Shown here in pieces: positions 25,550 through 27,928 of a stretch of 27,928 nucleotides of DNA; within the stretch, counting starts at the first letter, position 1, and the number at the start of each line of letters is the position of its first letter. The notes under the pieces were generated by a model. It saw only the letters and a list, made by a program, of their open reading frames with translations, did not search any database and was not told the origin of the DNA. Source of the stretch: an uncultured Planctomycetaceae bacterium. GTDB lineage: Bacteria > Planctomycetota > UBA1135 > GCA-002686595. Location of the stretch: NCBI GenBank assembly GCA_964528575.1, contig CAZGTQ010000264.1, positions 1 through 27,928 on the forward strand, read 5' to 3'. A program made the position numbers and the translations under genes.

Positions 25550-27349
25550 CTACTCGATCGTGACCTGGCCGAGGCCCGTGAGAGCGAGCTTCGGAAGGTT
25601 GTTCGGGTCGAGGTCGAAGATGTTGAGCACGAGCCACTGCATCGGCAGGGCGAAGCCGACCAGGTTCGGGTTGTTCGGCAGCGCGGCGGGGATGCTCGCG
25701 ACGCCGTCGGTCGCGCCCAGCGCCGGCGTGCCGACGCTGACCGCCCCGAACGAGTACTCGTTGCTCTGGTAGAGGAAGCAGCCGGGCAGACCGACGAACG
25801 TCAGCTCGAGCGGCAGCGGCACCGAACCGGCGAAGAACTGCGTGCTCGTGCCGACGAACAGCACGCACGGGACGCTGCCGGGGATGTTCTTCACCTGCGC
25901 GGTGAAGTTCGACGTGCCGATGATCGCACTGCCGGTGCCGGCGATCACGGGGTCGTAGCCGTATTGCGAGCAGGCCGTGCCGGACGTCGTGAAGTTCGGC
26001 GCCGGCTGCGGGAGCGTGCCCGCGGGCAGCGCCGTCACGTTCGACAGGAAGGGACCGCTGAAGTTGACGCTGTCGTAGACGATCGGCGCGCCGCCGTTGA
26101 TCGTCTGCCAGATCGTCCAGTCCCAGACGCCCATGTCCTGCTCGCCGAGGCCCATCGCGTCGCCGCTCGCGTCGAGGTCGCGCAGGCGGCTGATCCGCGA
26201 CTGGTTGTCGACGACGTAGATGCCGTCCTGACCCGCGTAGATGCTGAAGATCTGGCCGGTCGGCTGCGCGGACGTCGAGGGGCTGCCGTTGTACCAGAGC
26301 GTGACCTCGCCCGCGTCGTTCACGTCGCCGTCGGCGTTCGCGTCGACCGCGCGGAAGATCAGGCCCTCGGTCTCGATGCCGTCGACGTTCGGGCCCCCGA
26401 CGCTACCGCCGGTGTCGGACGCGAGGTAGAACGCGCGCACCGGACCCTCGATGCGGCTCGTCACGCCCCTCAGGCGGTAGTTGAACGGCGTCTGCGTGAC
26501 GCCATCGCAGCTCGTCGTCGTCTGCTGGAGCTGGGCGCGCGGCAGGAGGCCGCTCGCGAAGTCGGGGTTCTGCGGCAGCGTGGCGTTCTTGCCCGTGTAG
26601 TTGAGCCAGAGGCGCGCTTCGCCCGCATCGAGCACCTTGTCGCCGTCGATGTCCTCGAAGCGGAAGAGCGAATCCTCGCTGGTCAGGCAGGCGGACGAGA
26701 AACCCTCGTACACGACCACGCCGTTCCCGTCGGCCGTCATCGCGTCGAAGTCCTGCGTGAAGATCGTGCCCGTCGCCGCACCATTGTCGGTGTCGACGGT
26801 GATCGGGGTGTTGTCGTCACCGACGACGACCTTCGCGCCCTCGTTCGTGTCGAGCGCGTCGTCGTCGGCGTTGCCGTCGGCGAGGACCCACAGCCCTTCC
26901 GAGCTGGAGAAGTCGGACGAGAACCACACGTCGCCGTTGTCGAGCGCGGCGATGCCCTCGGAGTTGATGCTCGTCGCGCCGAAGAACTCCGTGAGCTCAT
27001 TGGCGTCGAGCTGGCCGTTGCCGTTCGAGTCGGTGGCGCGGTAGACGCCCTCGAGCGACGTGCCCGGGCCGGTGCTGTTGTTGACGAGGTACCAGACCGG
27101 CTCGCTGTTCTCGAAGCGGATGCTCTGCGCCTCGATGTCGGAGTCGTTCGTCGGCAACTGGTCGGTGTCGGTGCTCAGAAAGACCGAGACCTCGCCCTGC
27201 GACAGGAAGAAGTTGTCGCCGTCGAGGTCGATCATCCGGTAGATCCGCTCGTTCTTCTCGTCGAGCAAGAAGACGTCGTTGATCTGGGCGTTGGCGGGAG
27301 CGCCGAAGGCGGCGGCGGCGGCAAGCAGAAGAAGTGTGCGCTGTTTCAT
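25550..27349 (-). CDS. Secreted calcium-binding protein with several EF-hand-like loops
   Basis: 599 aa. Signal peptide MKQRTLLLLAAAAAFGAPANA/Q. Canonical 12-residue EF-hand loops DSNGNGQLDANE and DIDGDKVLDAGE, plus degenerate copies DLDGDNFFLSQGE, DANADGDVNDAGE and DLDASGDAMG. ATG 27349..27347. Confidence 0.65.
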   Translation of the reverse strand: MKQRTLLLLAAAAAFGAPANAQINDVFLLDEKNERIYRMIDLDGDNFFLSQGEVSVFLSTDTDQLPTNDSDIEAQSIRFENSEPVWYLVNNSTGPGTSLEGVYRATDSNGNGQLDANELTEFFGATSINSEGIAALDNGDVWFSSDFSSSEGLWVLADGNADDDALDTNEGAKVVVGDDNTPITVDTDNGAATGTIFTQDFDAMTADGNGVVVYEGFSSACLTSEDSLFRFEDIDGDKVLDAGEARLWLNYTGKNATLPQNPDFASGLLPRAQLQQTTTSCDGVTQTPFNYRLRGVTSRIEGPVRAFYLASDTGGSVGGPNVDGIETEGLIFRAVDANADGDVNDAGEVTLWYNGSPSTSAQPTGQIFSIYAGQDGIYVVDNQSRISRLRDLDASGDAMGLGEQDMGVWDWTIWQTINGGAPIVYDSVNFSGPFLSNVTALPAGTLPQPAPNFTTSGTACSQYGYDPVIAGTGSAIIGTSNFTAQVKNIPGSVPCVLFVGTSTQFFAGSVPLPLELTFVGLPGCFLYQSNEYSFGAVSVGTPALGATDGVASIPAALPNNPNLVGFALPMQWLVLNIFDLDPNNLPKLALTGLGQVTIE

Positions 27350-27625
27350 CTCGAGCTGGAGCGAGCGGGCTCCCGTTCGGAGGGAGCGCTGGATTCGGGG
27401 GTGGTCGGTCGCGCTCTCCGCGGCCGTTCCTGCGGAGGGCGAAGAGCGAGGCCAGTCTAAACGCCCCCGCGGCGCGCGCCGGATCAGGAGCCGGTCAATC
27501 CTGCCGCAGGCCCGCGCAAGGCACCGCAGGACGGCCTTTTCGGCCCCGCTCCCCGGCACTTCTTGGGGGGCCGAGATAGGCTTCGATCGAATGGGCCGTC
27601 CGACCTGGAAGGGGCCCGCCGCGCC

Positions 27626-27928
27626 ATGAACCCCGAGGAAACGCTCGCCACTTACTGCCGCCGCTACGGCGTGCCCGAGGAGTTCGGCCGTCGCCTGCTG
27701 CCGCTGCTCGAGCGCGCGGCGCAGGCCGCGCCGGACGTGCGCCAGCGCATCCTCGAGCTCGTCGAGCAGAGCTTCGAGAAGGAAGCGACGCGGCGCGCCG
27801 TGCACCGAACGCCGGGCGCCGACACCGAGGAGCGCGTGCTGCGGACCGTCGCGAACGTGCTGCACGGGTGGCAGCCGCCCGCGTGGGTGCTGCGCTGGGG
27901 CAAGCCGGGCGAAGGGCGATCCGGCGGC
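27626..27928 (+). CDS. Hypothetical protein, 3'-truncated by the window end
   Basis: ATG 27626. Open to the end of the window (MNPEETLATYCRRYGVPEEFGRRLLPLLERAAQAAPDVRQRILELVEQSFEK ...). GC3 is extremely high, unlike the antisense ORF 27664..27903. Confidence 0.45.
   Translation, partial: MNPEETLATYCRRYGVPEEFGRRLLPLLERAAQAAPDVRQRILELVEQSFEKEATRRAVHRTPGADTEERVLRTVANVLHGWQPPAWVLRWGKPGEGRSGG

Noticed and set aside
25964-27460. 498-aa + ORF antisense to the EF-hand protein gene
   Set aside because: Antisense artefact. The minus-strand product has a signal peptide and EF-hand loops.
27664-27903. 79-aa minus ORF at the window end
   Set aside because: The overlapping + strand frame from ATG 27626 has far stronger GC3 bias and runs open to the window edge, so the + strand partial CDS is preferred.

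Overview
High-GC (~72%) bacterial chromosomal segment, almost certainly from a myxobacterium (Myxococcota). The strongest clue is a secreted metzincin protease whose C-terminus has the MYXO-CTERM architecture: a Gly/Cys motif, then a hydrophobic helix, then an Arg-rich tail. I can support 28 CDS (one is 3'-truncated at the window end); several small terminator-like hairpins, one repeat array and a few regulatory sites are also listed as features. I found no tRNA or rRNA genes, no CRISPR array and no transposase or integrase, but without tools the tRNA and small-RNA negatives are weak. Many long Arg/Ala-rich ORFs in the six-frame track are off-frame artefacts of the high GC content and were rejected. 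Gene content runs from an ECF sigma/anti-sigma pair through an orphan thioredoxin-type arsC, two GT4 glycosyltransferases, an FHA/glutaredoxin-like pair, an ABC module, a flotillin-NfeD-cupin operon, DedA, H+-pyrophosphatase and RsfS, to an accessory-looking right half. That right half holds a B12-binding radical-SAM homologue that has lost its Cx3Cx2C cysteines, two ArnT/PMT-like polytopic membrane proteins, a translationally coupled DEDDy exonuclease/alkaline-phosphatase lipoprotein pair, the MYXO-CTERM protease with a coupled small secreted partner, and a secreted EF-hand calcium-binding protein. The candidates I would rank highest for an undescribed system are (a) the cysteine-less radical-SAM homologue with the tandem GT-C membrane proteins and (b) the exonuclease/phosphatase pair. 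Many adjacent genes share ATGA, GTGA or TGATG stop/start overlaps, and several convergent gene pairs end inside GC-rich hairpins that contain both stop codons. All calls are from reading the sequence and from remembered family motifs; no database search was run.
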